Virus genome (UHGV): UHGV-1550212
Origin: a virus
Length of the DNA: 64,000 bases
Reading direction: 5' to 3' (one strand)
The notes beneath the pieces were generated by a model, which had not been told where the DNA came from, ran no database searches, and saw only the letters and a program-made list of their open reading frames with translations. Positions 19,424-29,155 of the stretch are shown in pieces (position 1 is the stretch's first letter; every line of letters starts with the position of its first letter). A program made the translations under genes and the position numbers.

Positions 19424-20317
19424 CTATGTCAATGCAATAAAGACATCACCAGATTGCTCAGCCTCAAGCTCTTTTTCAACTGTCTGTTGCATTGTTTGAC
19501 CTTTTGACGCAAGTCTATCAAAGTTAATGCGAACATTGCCGGGCAACTTGAAGTCATATGTGCCAATGATATCTGCAAGTTCTTGCATGCATTGACCAGT
19601 GCAGTATCTCAAGAAACGTCTGTCTTCATACAATGACTGCAGTGGCACTCTTACCCAACACATCAACACCAAATCAGACCCTTCATTGTCACCAAGAATG
19701 TTCAGCTTATGACTAAATCTGTTGAAGTTATACGTGATTGTTCGTTGCAAAATGCTTTCATACGTGCCAATTTCATACATTGTCACCCACAAGTCATCTG
19801 CAATTGATGCATTTTGAGAACCTGCAGGCCCAGCGTAGTTAAATGACACACCGTTTGCTTCACTGTAAAAGTTAATTGAGTTGCTAAGCAGTCGTTCAAG
19901 ATAAAAGTTTGCACGACGCATTGACAGCTTATGCTGTGATTCAAGCAACTGCACATCTGATACAGCCCAGATTTGTGGCGGCAATTTGACAATTTTGTTT
20001 GCACCATCAGTCATGTCAATATCGCGAACAACAAACCAGCGCTCTTCAAGAGCAGACTCAGAATGTTCAAAAAACCATTCTGCGCATGTTTCAATGATTT
20101 GCGGCATACGAGTCTTCGGAATTGCAAAGGGCAATGCACAGCCTCGTGTGACTTCTTGAACAAGTCGCTCAATGAATCGCAAGTCTACACTGTAGTCGTA
20201 TTTAGAATTGATATTTTCGACTTCAGGCTTATTGCACTCATTTGTTGTTGCGCCTTCGACTTTCCAAGAAGTTGCGCCGTCATTGATTGGTGGCGCTGGT
20301 TTACGTTGAACTTTCAT
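19424..20317 (-). CDS. hypothetical protein
   Basis: 297-aa ORF followed by a terminator at 19366-19400. Confidence 0.5.
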   Translation of the reverse strand: MKVQRKPAPPINDGATSWKVEGATTNECNKPEVENINSKYDYSVDLRFIERLVQEVTRGCALPFAIPKTRMPQIIETCAEWFFEHSESALEERWFVVRDIDMTDGANKIVKLPPQIWAVSDVQLLESQHKLSMRRANFYLERLLSNSINFYSEANGVSFNYAGPAGSQNASIADDLWVTMYEIGTYESILQRTITYNFNRFSHKLNILGDNEGSDLVLMCWVRVPLQSLYEDRRFLRYCTGQCMQELADIIGTYDFKLPGNVRINFDRLASKGQTMQQTVEKELEAEQSGDVFIALT

Positions 20318-20375
20318 GCTTGATAACGTTGAACTTTCATGTGTCTTGTCTATGGTCTACGGTGTGTGAAACACT

Positions 20376-20933
20376 CTACGGTATGATGTTGAAATTGACT
20401 GCAAGCAACAATGATGTGACATCTTCGCCCAATGGAAATGAACCTGTAGTAAAACCAACTGTTTTTGTTTGTGTATATTGGCTGCTCAAATCGAAGTAGT
20501 ATTGTGATGGCGACAATTCTGGTGTAGCATGCGGCTCAGTTTGACCATTTCGAACAACCATCAATCGTACTGGACCATTGAATGTTGCTTTATGATTCGG
20601 CAATGCAGAACCGTTGTAGTTAAGCGACATGTATTGCATCGTAATTCGAATCTGCTCAGCATATGATTTGCTAAGGTCAAGTTGCTGAGTGCCTTGAACA
20701 CGTAGAATACTTGATTGTCCAGATGACTGCCAATTTGCATACACAGATTGCTCGTTGGTCGTTATGATGGCATTGCCATCAATATCGAGTAGTTCAACAG
20801 TCATCTGACCTGTCAAGCTGATTCGATTGCCAAGATTGTTGCCTACTACTGCAATGCTAACTGAAACGGGCTTCAAAGACCCCCCCTGCGCCACATTTTG
20901 TGAACGATAGTGGTCTTGTGTAACTGTTGACAT
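20376..20933 (-). CDS. hypothetical protein with 5' poly-G tract (paralog 1)
   Basis: Track start is a TTG; first ATG at 20933 gives MSTVTQDHYRSQNVAQGGS; a G7 run (coding strand) at 20880-20886 encodes the Gly-Gly. Confidence 0.5.
   Translation of the reverse strand: MSTVTQDHYRSQNVAQGGSLKPVSVSIAVVGNNLGNRISLTGQMTVELLDIDGNAIITTNEQSVYANWQSSGQSSILRVQGTQQLDLSKSYAEQIRITMQYMSLNYNGSALPNHKATFNGPVRLMVVRNGQTEPHATPELSPSQYYFDLSSQYTQTKTVGFTTGSFPLGEDVTSLLLAVNFNIIP
20880..20886 (-). repeat. homopolymeric G7 tract (coding strand) in 5' coding region
   Basis: C7 on plus strand; codons for Gly-Gly at residues 16-17 of 20376..20933. Confidence 0.8.
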
Positions 20934-20980
20934 ATCATAAAGTGTTTTGCGATGATGCAATCCACTTTATGAATGCATCA

Positions 20981-21352
20981 TCAGTTAAATAATGTTTGAA
21001 TTTTTATTGTAACGTCATTGCAGCCTTTTAGCAAGTCGACTTGAATCATATCGACAAATGCTGAACGATAACTTAAACCATTGCTGTACTGAACGTAAAA
21101 GTACTTGATATGCTCCCAATCATTTACGCAAGCTTTCGTAAAGTTATCTGACAACTGAATGCTTGTTGCTGATAGAGTCGTACATGCAACGTACGAATCA
21201 ACAAATATATGCAAGTCATTTACATTGATGTAACCAACGACATCAAGTTGATTTGTAAACGTGCTCAGCGGCAATGTCAGTATGATGTGGCCTAACTTAA
21301 CAGAGCCCCCCGCGTTTTGTGAACGATAGTGGTCTTGAGTAACGTGTGACAT
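20981..21352 (-). CDS. hypothetical protein with 5' poly-G tract (paralog 2)
   Basis: ATG at 21352 gives MSHVTQDHYRSQNAGGS; G6 run at 21306-21311; 5' nucleotides near-identical to 20376..20933. Confidence 0.5.
   Translation of the reverse strand: MSHVTQDHYRSQNAGGSVKLGHIILTLPLSTFTNQLDVVGYINVNDLHIFVDSYVACTTLSATSIQLSDNFTKACVNDWEHIKYFYVQYSNGLSYRSAFVDMIQVDLLKGCNDVTIKIQTLFN
21306..21311 (-). repeat. homopolymeric G6 tract (coding strand) in 5' coding region
   Basis: C6 on plus strand; residues 15-16 of 20981..21352. Confidence 0.8.
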
Positions 21353-21383
21353 ACTGTAATGAAATTGTTTGTTTGAATATGTA

Positions 21384-21995
21384 TTATGGTGTAATAATCG
21401 GTCCACCGCCAGGCAAACTTGAACATGTTTGCATATATGTGTACAACAAGTTACCTGCATTTTGCATAATGTTTGCAAACATCAATGTGATGCCTCGCAA
21501 ATCTGCTTCGCCTTCAAATGTGTTGATGAACGCTTGCTGTGCACATGCAAACATTACTGGCACAGTCGATGCACTTGTCATTGCAATCACAGGACCGCCA
21601 GGCGACAAGGGCAACACTGGTGGCGATGCAGGCACAGTTAAGTTTGTTGGAATCCATGCTGCAACTGCTGCAGCATAAGGCTTAAAGCCATTGCCAAACT
21701 TTATTGCAATGTTCTTTGGGTCTGCTTCACCTTGAAACGTTTCTATAAGTGCTTGTCTGCCTGCTTCAAATAAAGATTGCTCAAGTGCAGCAGTTGGACC
21801 TGCAGTTATTGGACCGCCAACAGGCAATCCTGTGCAAGTTGCAATGTAGCTTGCTACGCCTGTTGCAAACAATTGACTGAACTTGTTGGCAAACTTTGTC
21901 GCAATTTGTGGTCTATCATGCTCACCTTGAAAAGTTGCAGTATATGCTTGATATGCAATAGGCTGCACAGCAGCTTGCAATGTGGCACCTGGCAT
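21384..21995 (-). CDS. protein with three tandem ~70-aa repeats
   Basis: Repeats TFQGEHDRPQIATKFANKF / TFQGEADPKNIAIKFGNGF / TFEGEADLRGITLMFANIM, each followed by a PxGGP segment; start set to the ATG abutting the upstream stop. Confidence 0.5.
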   Translation of the reverse strand: MPGATLQAAVQPIAYQAYTATFQGEHDRPQIATKFANKFSQLFATGVASYIATCTGLPVGGPITAGPTAALEQSLFEAGRQALIETFQGEADPKNIAIKFGNGFKPYAAAVAAWIPTNLTVPASPPVLPLSPGGPVIAMTSASTVPVMFACAQQAFINTFEGEADLRGITLMFANIMQNAGNLLYTYMQTCSSLPGGGPIITP

Positions 21996-21996
21996 A

Positions 21997-22281
21997 TCAA
22001 TCCAACAATTGAGCAGCAGCAATTGCGCCAAGTGCTGCAGATATAAATGATTGCACAATGTATGATAAACTCCAGCAACGTTCTATTGCATAGAGTTTTG
22101 ACAAGCCACATGCAATGATATCAAGTGCGACTGCACACAATGTAACTGCAAGCAAATGTGTTCGCAATGGCACTTCAATTGTGTCGTATGTCATTAGTGT
22201 TGTTGCAAATGCAATGAATGCGATTATTACGCAGTGCAGCAGTGCAAACATCAAGCGTTCAATGAAATGTTGACTGTTCAT
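21997..22281 (-). CDS. small membrane protein
   Basis: 94 aa, three hydrophobic helices. Confidence 0.4.
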   Translation of the reverse strand: MNSQHFIERLMFALLHCVIIAFIAFATTLMTYDTIEVPLRTHLLAVTLCAVALDIIACGLSKLYAIERCWSLSYIVQSFISAALGAIAAAQLLD

Positions 22282-22283
22282 AT

Positions 22284-23162
22284 TTAGTCTTGGCCTTTAT
22301 CAATTGTTGCGATTTTTGATAGTGTCTCAGGCAAAAAGTCTGAGTCTTTTTTGTGTGTGTTGTTTGATGGTTGCTGCACTTTTGCAGGATATGTGCCAAA
22401 TACAGGTGCAAGTGGGCTTGTGTATGGGTTGCTTTGCGCAGTTGTTTGCAATTGCTTCATGACTTTTGCAAGATTGTCAACAACTTCTTTCACGTAATCA
22501 AGAACATTTTGATGCGCAGTTTTGTTGTCATCTCCAACTACACAAGGCTGTTCTGATTTATCTGTGCTGCCAAAGCTTAAGTGACCATCAGCAGTCATAT
22601 GAATGACACCATTTTTGTCAGCGTCAGTAGTCATATGAATTGATTTATCCTTACGCAAATTGATGTCTGTGCCATTGTAGTAAATGTGCCAGCCTTGTTC
22701 AGGTGTCCACCATATGCCAAACTTACCCTCTGCACCATATCGTTCAGCGTCATCGTAGACAACAATCTTTGCTTTGGCGTTTTCATCACCAATGACATCT
22801 TTTACTATATCTGAGCGAGAATCAAGATGCATCCAAGTCATATTATAGACGCCTCGACTCAAATCAAGCATAACCCAGTCACCCACAATTGGCGCATCAT
22901 ACATGTTCATCATGCTGCTATCTGCATAGCACCATGGCAGCTTGTCTGCAGCAATTTCATTGTCAGCAAATCGAGTAAAGCCGTCAATTTGACAGCGGAT
23001 GCGACATTGCAACATGTCATCATCAACATCAACAACTTCACCAATAAGCTTAACTGGCATGCCCTCTGTCAAAGACCCAATTGATGATGCAGTTATTGAT
23101 GCATTGTATGCTGATATCTTTTCAAACAGCTCTTCTTGAGTAACAAGCAACATATCAGACAT
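22284..23162 (-). CDS. hypothetical protein
   Basis: 292-aa ORF with repeated IHMT.D segments; 1-nt overlap with upstream gene. Confidence 0.5.
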   Translation of the reverse strand: MSDMLLVTQEELFEKISAYNASITASSIGSLTEGMPVKLIGEVVDVDDDMLQCRIRCQIDGFTRFADNEIAADKLPWCYADSSMMNMYDAPIVGDWVMLDLSRGVYNMTWMHLDSRSDIVKDVIGDENAKAKIVVYDDAERYGAEGKFGIWWTPEQGWHIYYNGTDINLRKDKSIHMTTDADKNGVIHMTADGHLSFGSTDKSEQPCVVGDDNKTAHQNVLDYVKEVVDNLAKVMKQLQTTAQSNPYTSPLAPVFGTYPAKVQQPSNNTHKKDSDFLPETLSKIATIDKGQD

Positions 23163-24592
23163 TACATTGAATCTTCATACACATTGATACGACCAAGCTT
23201 TGGCGACTTTTCTTGGTCAGGCTCATACACAGGATTTGCAAGTGCTTTCTGTGATAAGCTGTCATCATATTTTGCTACTGCAGACCCTTTGAGCAATTGC
23301 TTTGCTCTTGAATATGCAAACTGTGGATTTGTCAATGCTGCAATTTCAACAGCATTCAAGCCATAGACATTGCCAACAGTCTTGCCAACAAGTATTCGAC
23401 TTGCTTGCATATTAATTTCAGCCAACGCATTTGCTGCAGTTGACAATGCAAACTCTTTTGCATACTCAAGCGCTTCTTTAGCGGCTTTGTTGACTGCGTC
23501 TTTGAGTAGCTGTTTGACTGACTGGCCTTTCATTGTCGACACAACTTGCTGTGTAATCTTGCCATACTTGCTATCTTTTGCAAGCTTGACAAATTGCTGG
23601 CCATATGTCTCTTTCTTTTTCTCAACTGTTTCTGATGTGTCAGTGTCACTAAGAATTTTTTGAGACTGCACTACAAGACCCTTATGACTGTCTTTCATTG
23701 CTGCAAATGCAGACGAAATTGACAATGTGCCATATGACACTTTGATGTTGTTTGTCGCCATTGTAGGCTCAGCAGTGTTATCTATGTCTTGCACAAAGTT
23801 TGCACCAGAATCGGGCATAAATGCGCATTGACCAAAATTGAAGAGCACATACTGACCAGCGTTAATTACGACTGCGATGTCATCTGGTCTTGCCATTTGA
23901 GTTGATGATGACACGCCTTCTATACGTGCTTGCTGAATTGCTTTGATGTCTTCACCGTAGTTTGCAACTTCTGTTCTCGTATCACCAAAACTGTGCTCTG
24001 ACATACCAAGCATTTGCTCAACTTCATTGTCAAGTTTTAATGACTTGTCATCTGCAAGCTCTTCTTGGAATATGCGAACTTCTGTTACATACACAAACAT
24101 GTTGAAGCGTTGCAAGTTCAGTGGTAGCACATAGACCATGCGGTCGTAGTCATATAACACTTGCTTGAGCAGCGTGTTAATTGTCGCAAATCGCCAGTCA
24201 ACGCTTTCTGTCACAGTAAGCCCAATGGTTTTGTCATTCAAAATGACTTCTTTCATTGTTCGCTTATACGCATCAGCAAGCCCTTGAATGCCTGTAAAGC
24301 AATGAAACGCAGAGTCCTGAATTGCTTGCAGCATCTTTATGACAATTTCAAGCTGTGCATATCGCGTGTCATCACCAATTCGCTTCAAATATGCCAATGC
24401 GCTGTTCTTAAACTTAGCATCTGCAAGTAAACCCATTTCAGAGTCAAAGTTAAAGAACACTCTAAATGTCAAATACGTTGGGTCTTGATATGCATTGCAC
24501 AACACACCATTTATGACCTCTGGGTCAAGTGACATGAATTGGTATACACCATTGAACATGTCTATGCGTGAAGTTGCGTGATTTGATGGCAT
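23162..24592 (-). CDS. hypothetical protein
   Basis: 476-aa ORF with Lys-rich coiled-coil-like C-terminal region. Confidence 0.5.
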   Translation of the reverse strand: MPSNHATSRIDMFNGVYQFMSLDPEVINGVLCNAYQDPTYLTFRVFFNFDSEMGLLADAKFKNSALAYLKRIGDDTRYAQLEIVIKMLQAIQDSAFHCFTGIQGLADAYKRTMKEVILNDKTIGLTVTESVDWRFATINTLLKQVLYDYDRMVYVLPLNLQRFNMFVYVTEVRIFQEELADDKSLKLDNEVEQMLGMSEHSFGDTRTEVANYGEDIKAIQQARIEGVSSSTQMARPDDIAVVINAGQYVLFNFGQCAFMPDSGANFVQDIDNTAEPTMATNNIKVSYGTLSISSAFAAMKDSHKGLVVQSQKILSDTDTSETVEKKKETYGQQFVKLAKDSKYGKITQQVVSTMKGQSVKQLLKDAVNKAAKEALEYAKEFALSTAANALAEINMQASRILVGKTVGNVYGLNAVEIAALTNPQFAYSRAKQLLKGSAVAKYDDSLSQKALANPVYEPDQEKSPKLGRINVYEDSM

Positions 24593-24648
24593 ATTGTGTG
24601 TAGTTTGCTTTCTTAATTTTTGGATATATACACATACTCAAACAGCAC

Positions 24649-24681
24649 AAAAAAACTTCGCATCAATAACTTGATGCGAAG
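24649..24681 (-). terminator. intrinsic terminator
   Basis: 11-bp stem CTTCGCATCAA/TTGATGCGAAG, loop TAAC, U7 on minus strand; downstream of the secreted-protein gene. Confidence 0.65.
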
Positions 24682-24699
24682 TGTACTCAATACAATATG

Positions 24700-26361
24700 C
24701 TAACGACCGTAGCTGTATGCATTCGCCTTATCAGCATTTGCTTTGCGTGCATTGTTTCGTTGAGTTTGACTACGAATTGCTTTCTTATTGCCAGACGCTT
24801 CAAGTGCAGTATTGTACTGCTTAACTGCTGCATTGAGCTCATTCACAAATTGCTGTGTATTGCATTGTTCAAGCAGCAGCATGTTAGATGTCAATTGAGC
24901 AGACTCAGTATTGTCATTGAGCTGCTCCAAATCACGACAATTGTAATATGTGGTGACGTCATCATCTGTAATGCTGACACAAGTTGATGCAAATGCCACT
25001 GTAGGCTTAGCAATGTTGCATTCATATTCATAGTATTTGACGTCTTGATAGTCATATCCACCACTCAAGCGCTTAACTTTGACATTATTGCGAACTTTTT
25101 CTACTTTCTGAATGTTTGCTATCTGTGCAAGCTGTGCATACTTAGACGCATCAATGGTTGCAACTCCAAGCGATTCAGATGCTTTAATGTCTTCAAGCAA
25201 TTCATAAATTGCTGCAGCAATGTTTGACTTGATGCCTACATAATTTGCTGTTAGCTGCTGAGGCGTACGAGCTTGTTCAACAATCTTTACATTTTGACGA
25301 AGCTTAGCAAAGTTGTCAGTGCTTGTTAGCAATGCATTGTAGAGCAAAGTGTCATTTGCAGGCTCACCACCGTATTTGGCGCATAATGCATCATTAGGCT
25401 TGCCAAAAATGTCTTCAATGCGCTTTGCATAGATACCAGTTGGAATTCGTGCAACACTTCTGTTTGTCACATAGATTTCATTACCAGCTTCATCACAAAT
25501 TGCTAAATACTGGTTGTCTTCTGTGTACACTCTGTAAGTTTTGCCTTTGATGTTTTTGAGCTTGTATTTGCGATTGCTATTGTCAAACCACACACTATCG
25601 CTTTTGATGACATTGCCATCGGTGTCATAGTTTGCAAACCACTGAAAAGTTTTAGAATTGAAACTCTTAGACTGCACTGCATCGTTAGGTTCCCAAGTTG
25701 CATTTGGCAGCTGACGAGCATGCGTAGTCAATTCATATCGTCCATCGTCAGCATTCCATGTTTTTGTAATGATATGCGCCTTTGTTTTGTCTGTCCATAC
25801 AGTGCAAGTGCCATCAGATGTTCGCTCAGAATACATTTCACCAATAGGACTGATTTCCCAAAAGATGTCACCAGTTTTGCCAGCAGTCTGTACAAACTTG
25901 CGATTGTCTTCACCAGTGATTCTATCGATGCGACCAACAAGTTCATATTTGCTTACAGTGTATTCATAGCCATTGTCGTCATATGCAATAGTGTGTTTGA
26001 GTCTGCACTGATATTTGCCATTGTCGGTATACAACTCCTGATAAACTTCACGGCCTTTGCTGTCATATGACCACTTGCCTAACAGTTGACCAAGTGAATT
26101 GTATTCAAGCCAAGTGCCTGACTGCTTGCCATCATTGTCCCAAGTTCGAATCATAGCAAGTTGAGCGTTATCGAACCACTGTTCGTCTTTAATGACAACG
26201 CCTGCAGCATTCGTAGTAGTTCTACTACGCAAGCATTTGTCTACAAGACTTCCGTCTTTAAGTGTTTGCCAATGCGTCGTCGTGACTTTTTGTGCGTCTG
26301 CGTTTACATGCATAAGCACACTTGCCGCTAATACAAGCAGCAACATTTTTAGTGTTTTCAT
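24700..26361 (-). CDS. secreted repeat protein (MORN/YD-like repeats) with N-terminal signal peptide
   Basis: Signal-peptide-like MKTLKMLLLVLAASVLMHVNADAQ; repeated W/Y-x-x-Y-D/N-x-x-G-K units; terminator at 24649-24681. Confidence 0.6.
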   Translation of the reverse strand: MKTLKMLLLVLAASVLMHVNADAQKVTTTHWQTLKDGSLVDKCLRSRTTTNAAGVVIKDEQWFDNAQLAMIRTWDNDGKQSGTWLEYNSLGQLLGKWSYDSKGREVYQELYTDNGKYQCRLKHTIAYDDNGYEYTVSKYELVGRIDRITGEDNRKFVQTAGKTGDIFWEISPIGEMYSERTSDGTCTVWTDKTKAHIITKTWNADDGRYELTTHARQLPNATWEPNDAVQSKSFNSKTFQWFANYDTDGNVIKSDSVWFDNSNRKYKLKNIKGKTYRVYTEDNQYLAICDEAGNEIYVTNRSVARIPTGIYAKRIEDIFGKPNDALCAKYGGEPANDTLLYNALLTSTDNFAKLRQNVKIVEQARTPQQLTANYVGIKSNIAAAIYELLEDIKASESLGVATIDASKYAQLAQIANIQKVEKVRNNVKVKRLSGGYDYQDVKYYEYECNIAKPTVAFASTCVSITDDDVTTYYNCRDLEQLNDNTESAQLTSNMLLLEQCNTQQFVNELNAAVKQYNTALEASGNKKAIRSQTQRNNARKANADKANAYSYGR

Positions 26362-26668
26362 TGTTTGTTGTTATTTGAGATGGTTTTGGACAATTAGCAA
26401 AGAATGGATTGCATTTGTAGTTGTTCAGTCGCAAATCATCATACTGTGACTTGTCAATGTATTGCACTGTGACTTTGTTAAACGCTAGTTTAACGCCAAA
26501 TCGAGCAGCACATTGACCATACAACATATAACGATAATTGACGTTCTTACGAGATATGCTGCTGTCCTTATTAAAGGCTATTTTTCGTGTGCTTATGTAT
26601 GCAAATGTAACATCGCCATCAAGACATGTAAACTTGCGTGCATACACATATACTCGAACAGTTTTCAT
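26258..26668 (-). CDS. hypothetical protein (uncertain)
   Basis: Fills an otherwise non-coding 310 bp; start trimmed to the ATG after the upstream stop; 3' end overlaps the 5' end of 24700..26361 by ~100 nt in another frame. Confidence 0.3.
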   Translation of the reverse strand: MKTVRVYVYARKFTCLDGDVTFAYISTRKIAFNKDSSISRKNVNYRYMLYGQCAARFGVKLAFNKVTVQYIDKSQYDDLRLNNYKCNPFFANCPKPSQITTNNENTKNVAACISGKCAYACKRRRTKSHDDALANT

Positions 26669-26672
26669 AGCA

Positions 26673-27938
26673 TTACCGATATTTGATGTGCCATGGCCGC
26701 ATAAATGCACATACATTGATGCGGTTTGCATACACATATCGAAGCATTGCAACTGCATTGCTGACATCACTTACTGCAGCAGGTTCATAATTTGCATGCC
26801 CGCCAATCTTGGCATTCAAAGCATCACGAGTAACTGGCGTAAGACTGCCATTTCTGAGTTCAGGCCATAATTGTGCTGCAAGTGATGCATTGTTTACAAT
26901 GGCTTGCTTATGAAAGATTGCGTTTTCTCGTGCGTTCTTTTTGCAATTTGACTGCCACATGCCATATACGAAGTATGGCTGATGCATAACCACACAATTG
27001 CCAGATAACTGCAAAATTGCATGTACAAAGTCGATTGCAGTATCTGCGTCAAGACCCTTTGTTTTGCAGTCATTGTAGTCAATATTGTACAGCTTCAGCC
27101 ACTCTGCATCGAACAACTCATACGGGTCATTGATGTAAATGTGCTTGAACCACAGCAGCTCTGCATCAGAAGACATCACTGCAATATCTACTTGTGCAAT
27201 ACGCTGCCAGTCATTGTCAAATATGCTGCTTGGGATGTTGTCATGCTTTGCGCCACTGTAGCATGTCATTGCTGCTGTACAATGCAGCATTGGCCAAACT
27301 TGAAGTCGCTTGCAACATTCAGCAAAGACATCTGCACATGCATTGACATCAGCAAGAGCATCATGAGCGGATTCAAAGTCATGACCAAACAAGCCTCGAT
27401 ATGCATCTACAAGTTTTGCAGACCCATTGCTCAAATGCTTTGCAAAGCCTTTGTACAGAAACTTCGTGTCAATGACGGGGTATTGAGTCATAAAGTTTGC
27501 AGTTTTGCAACGCTGACATTCATAATCAAGAATCGTCAAGTCATACGGCGCATTGTGTGCAATGAGATGTGTTACGCCAAAACGTTCCAAGTCAAGTCTG
27601 AACTGGTCAAGCACTTTTTGCATGGGCTCTCCATGTTCATACAACTGCTCCATAGTATGACCATGCACAGCAAGAGCTTCTGCTGGCATATCATCAAAAC
27701 TGCTGTTGAATCTGCCAAGTGGCATTACAAGCATGTTGTTTCGATGCAGTTCTATAATGTTGCCCGCATAGTCAAGTCTGAAGATTTTGTATGCAAGCTG
27801 AACTACAAATGACATCTCTCGCAAGTCAATGACATCTTGCTTGTGATAATAGTCAACTGCTAAGCCTGTTGACTCAGTATCTATGCATGCGCATATCAGC
27901 TCTGTGATATGCTCTTTACTTTTATTGATATGTTCCAT
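26673..27938 (-). CDS. DEDDh-type 3'-5' exonuclease domain protein (DnaQ-like) with extra C-terminal domain
   Basis: Exo I CIDTESTGL, Exo II HNAPYDL, Exo III HDALADV. Confidence 0.7.
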   Translation of the reverse strand: MEHINKSKEHITELICACIDTESTGLAVDYYHKQDVIDLREMSFVVQLAYKIFRLDYAGNIIELHRNNMLVMPLGRFNSSFDDMPAEALAVHGHTMEQLYEHGEPMQKVLDQFRLDLERFGVTHLIAHNAPYDLTILDYECQRCKTANFMTQYPVIDTKFLYKGFAKHLSNGSAKLVDAYRGLFGHDFESAHDALADVNACADVFAECCKRLQVWPMLHCTAAMTCYSGAKHDNIPSSIFDNDWQRIAQVDIAVMSSDAELLWFKHIYINDPYELFDAEWLKLYNIDYNDCKTKGLDADTAIDFVHAILQLSGNCVVMHQPYFVYGMWQSNCKKNARENAIFHKQAIVNNASLAAQLWPELRNGSLTPVTRDALNAKIGGHANYEPAAVSDVSNAVAMLRYVYANRINVCAFMRPWHIKYR

Positions 27939-27940
27939 GC

Positions 27941-28606
27941 TTATGAGATTTTTTCTGCAATCAAGCCAGATGTAAAATCAGGATGGAACTGCAGAGGCCC
28001 ATTATCAATGACATTGATTTCAATATGGTTGCCATCGATGTCTATGACAGATGCTTTGTCAAAGCCTACAGGGCTATTGTAGATGTATGCAGTGCCTGAT
28101 TTGTCAATGACAATGTCACCATGAACAAAGTACTCACGTTCAGTTACTGCAAAGCCTCCGCAAGTTGCAGCATTGTTTGAATCTTGTTCGACATCGTAGT
28201 CAGCTTTCAATGCTTGTGCAAGTATAATGACATTTTTGTTGTACTTTCTGCGGCCAATAGGTGTGTCAATCATATTGATGAGCGACACAATCTTATCTTG
28301 CGGCGACATGTTCATAGCAGCATATTGCAATGCAGACACATAATACAACAATGTTTCAGTGCCATCATTGTCAATGCGAATTTGACAAATATCGCCAATT
28401 GCGATGTCATCAATATTGATGCAGACAACATGTTTAACATTGAATGTTTCATTACGATGCATTGACTTGACTACAATTTTCGTAATTACATTGTCATAAT
28501 CTCTTTCGATATGTGCTACTGTACAAATGTACATATCGTCATGCTCTGTAAAGCGATATTGTTTACTCATATGTGTAAGTGTGAAGTTGTTCAAAAACGT
28601 CTTCAA
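27941..28606 (-). CDS. hypothetical protein
   Basis: 221-aa ORF. Confidence 0.5.
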   Translation of the reverse strand: MKTFLNNFTLTHMSKQYRFTEHDDMYICTVAHIERDYDNVITKIVVKSMHRNETFNVKHVVCINIDDIAIGDICQIRIDNDGTETLLYYVSALQYAAMNMSPQDKIVSLINMIDTPIGRRKYNKNVIILAQALKADYDVEQDSNNAATCGGFAVTEREYFVHGDIVIDKSGTAYIYNSPVGFDKASVIDIDGNHIEINVIDNGPLQFHPDFTSGLIAEKIS

Positions 28607-28784
28607 TCAAGTTTGTTTCAAATGCAAACTCATTTTTTGATATGCAAGTGACCATATAAATGCCATCAATGTTTACGATGCTGCAATCATGACCATCTGG
28701 ACTAAATTTTCTGTCTTTGTACAGAATTTCAGCCATGATGAGTCGTTGATTAAGCATAAGTGGATTGCTATAGAATCGTTTCAT
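28563..28784 (-). CDS. hypothetical small protein
   Basis: 73-aa ORF; overlaps the downstream gene by 44 nt, so the start is uncertain. Confidence 0.35.
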   Translation of the reverse strand: MKRFYSNPLMLNQRLIMAEILYKDRKFSPDGHDCSIVNIDGIYMVTCISKNEFAFETNLIEDVFEQLHTYTYE

Positions 28785-28788
28785 ATCA

Positions 28789-29010
28789 TTAAGCTTCTTT
28801 GAAATTCAAGCAATTATTGAACCAGAGTTCTTCTGAAATCGTAAGCTCCAATTCAAAGCAGTTATTCTTGATGAAGTCGGTCGGGTCATAATTGAAATAC
28901 ACATATTCACCTGAATAGTGAAAAGGCTGTTCCATAGCAATCAATGCGAACATTAAACGGTCAATGTCCTTTTTATTGCCGTATGCTACGTAAACTTTAA
29001 TCTGTTTCAT
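28789..29010 (-). CDS. hypothetical small protein
   Basis: 73-aa ORF with promoter at 29040-29068 and the shared AAAACCTCTACAACA-ATG initiation context. Confidence 0.4.
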   Translation of the reverse strand: MKQIKVYVAYGNKKDIDRLMFALIAMEQPFHYSGEYVYFNYDPTDFIKNNCFELELTISEELWFNNCLNFKEA

Positions 29011-29039
29011 TGTTGTAGAGGTTTTATATTATATATTAA

Positions 29040-29068
29040 TATATTACAACATTTGTTGTCAATTTGCA
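29040..29068 (-). promoter_or_regulatory. sigma70-like promoter (GTGCAA-N17-TAATAT)
   Basis: Upstream of 28789..29010. Confidence 0.45.
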
Positions 29069-29100
29069 CAATTGTTGTTAACAAAATGCATTACATTGAC

Positions 29101-29135
29101 AAAAAAATAAAGGCTCAGTTTGTATAACTGAGCCT
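29101..29135 (-). terminator. intrinsic terminator
   Basis: 8-bp stem AGGCTCAG/CTGAGCCT with 9-nt loop, U-rich tail; downstream of thyA. Confidence 0.55.
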
Positions 29136-29155
29136 CTTGAAATGACACGAACTTA

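Noticed and set aside
20880-21352. Diversity-generating retroelement explaining the paralog pair
   Set aside because: No reverse transcriptase gene in the window and the shared sequence is at the 5' ends rather than a C-terminal variable region with adenine-specific mismatches.
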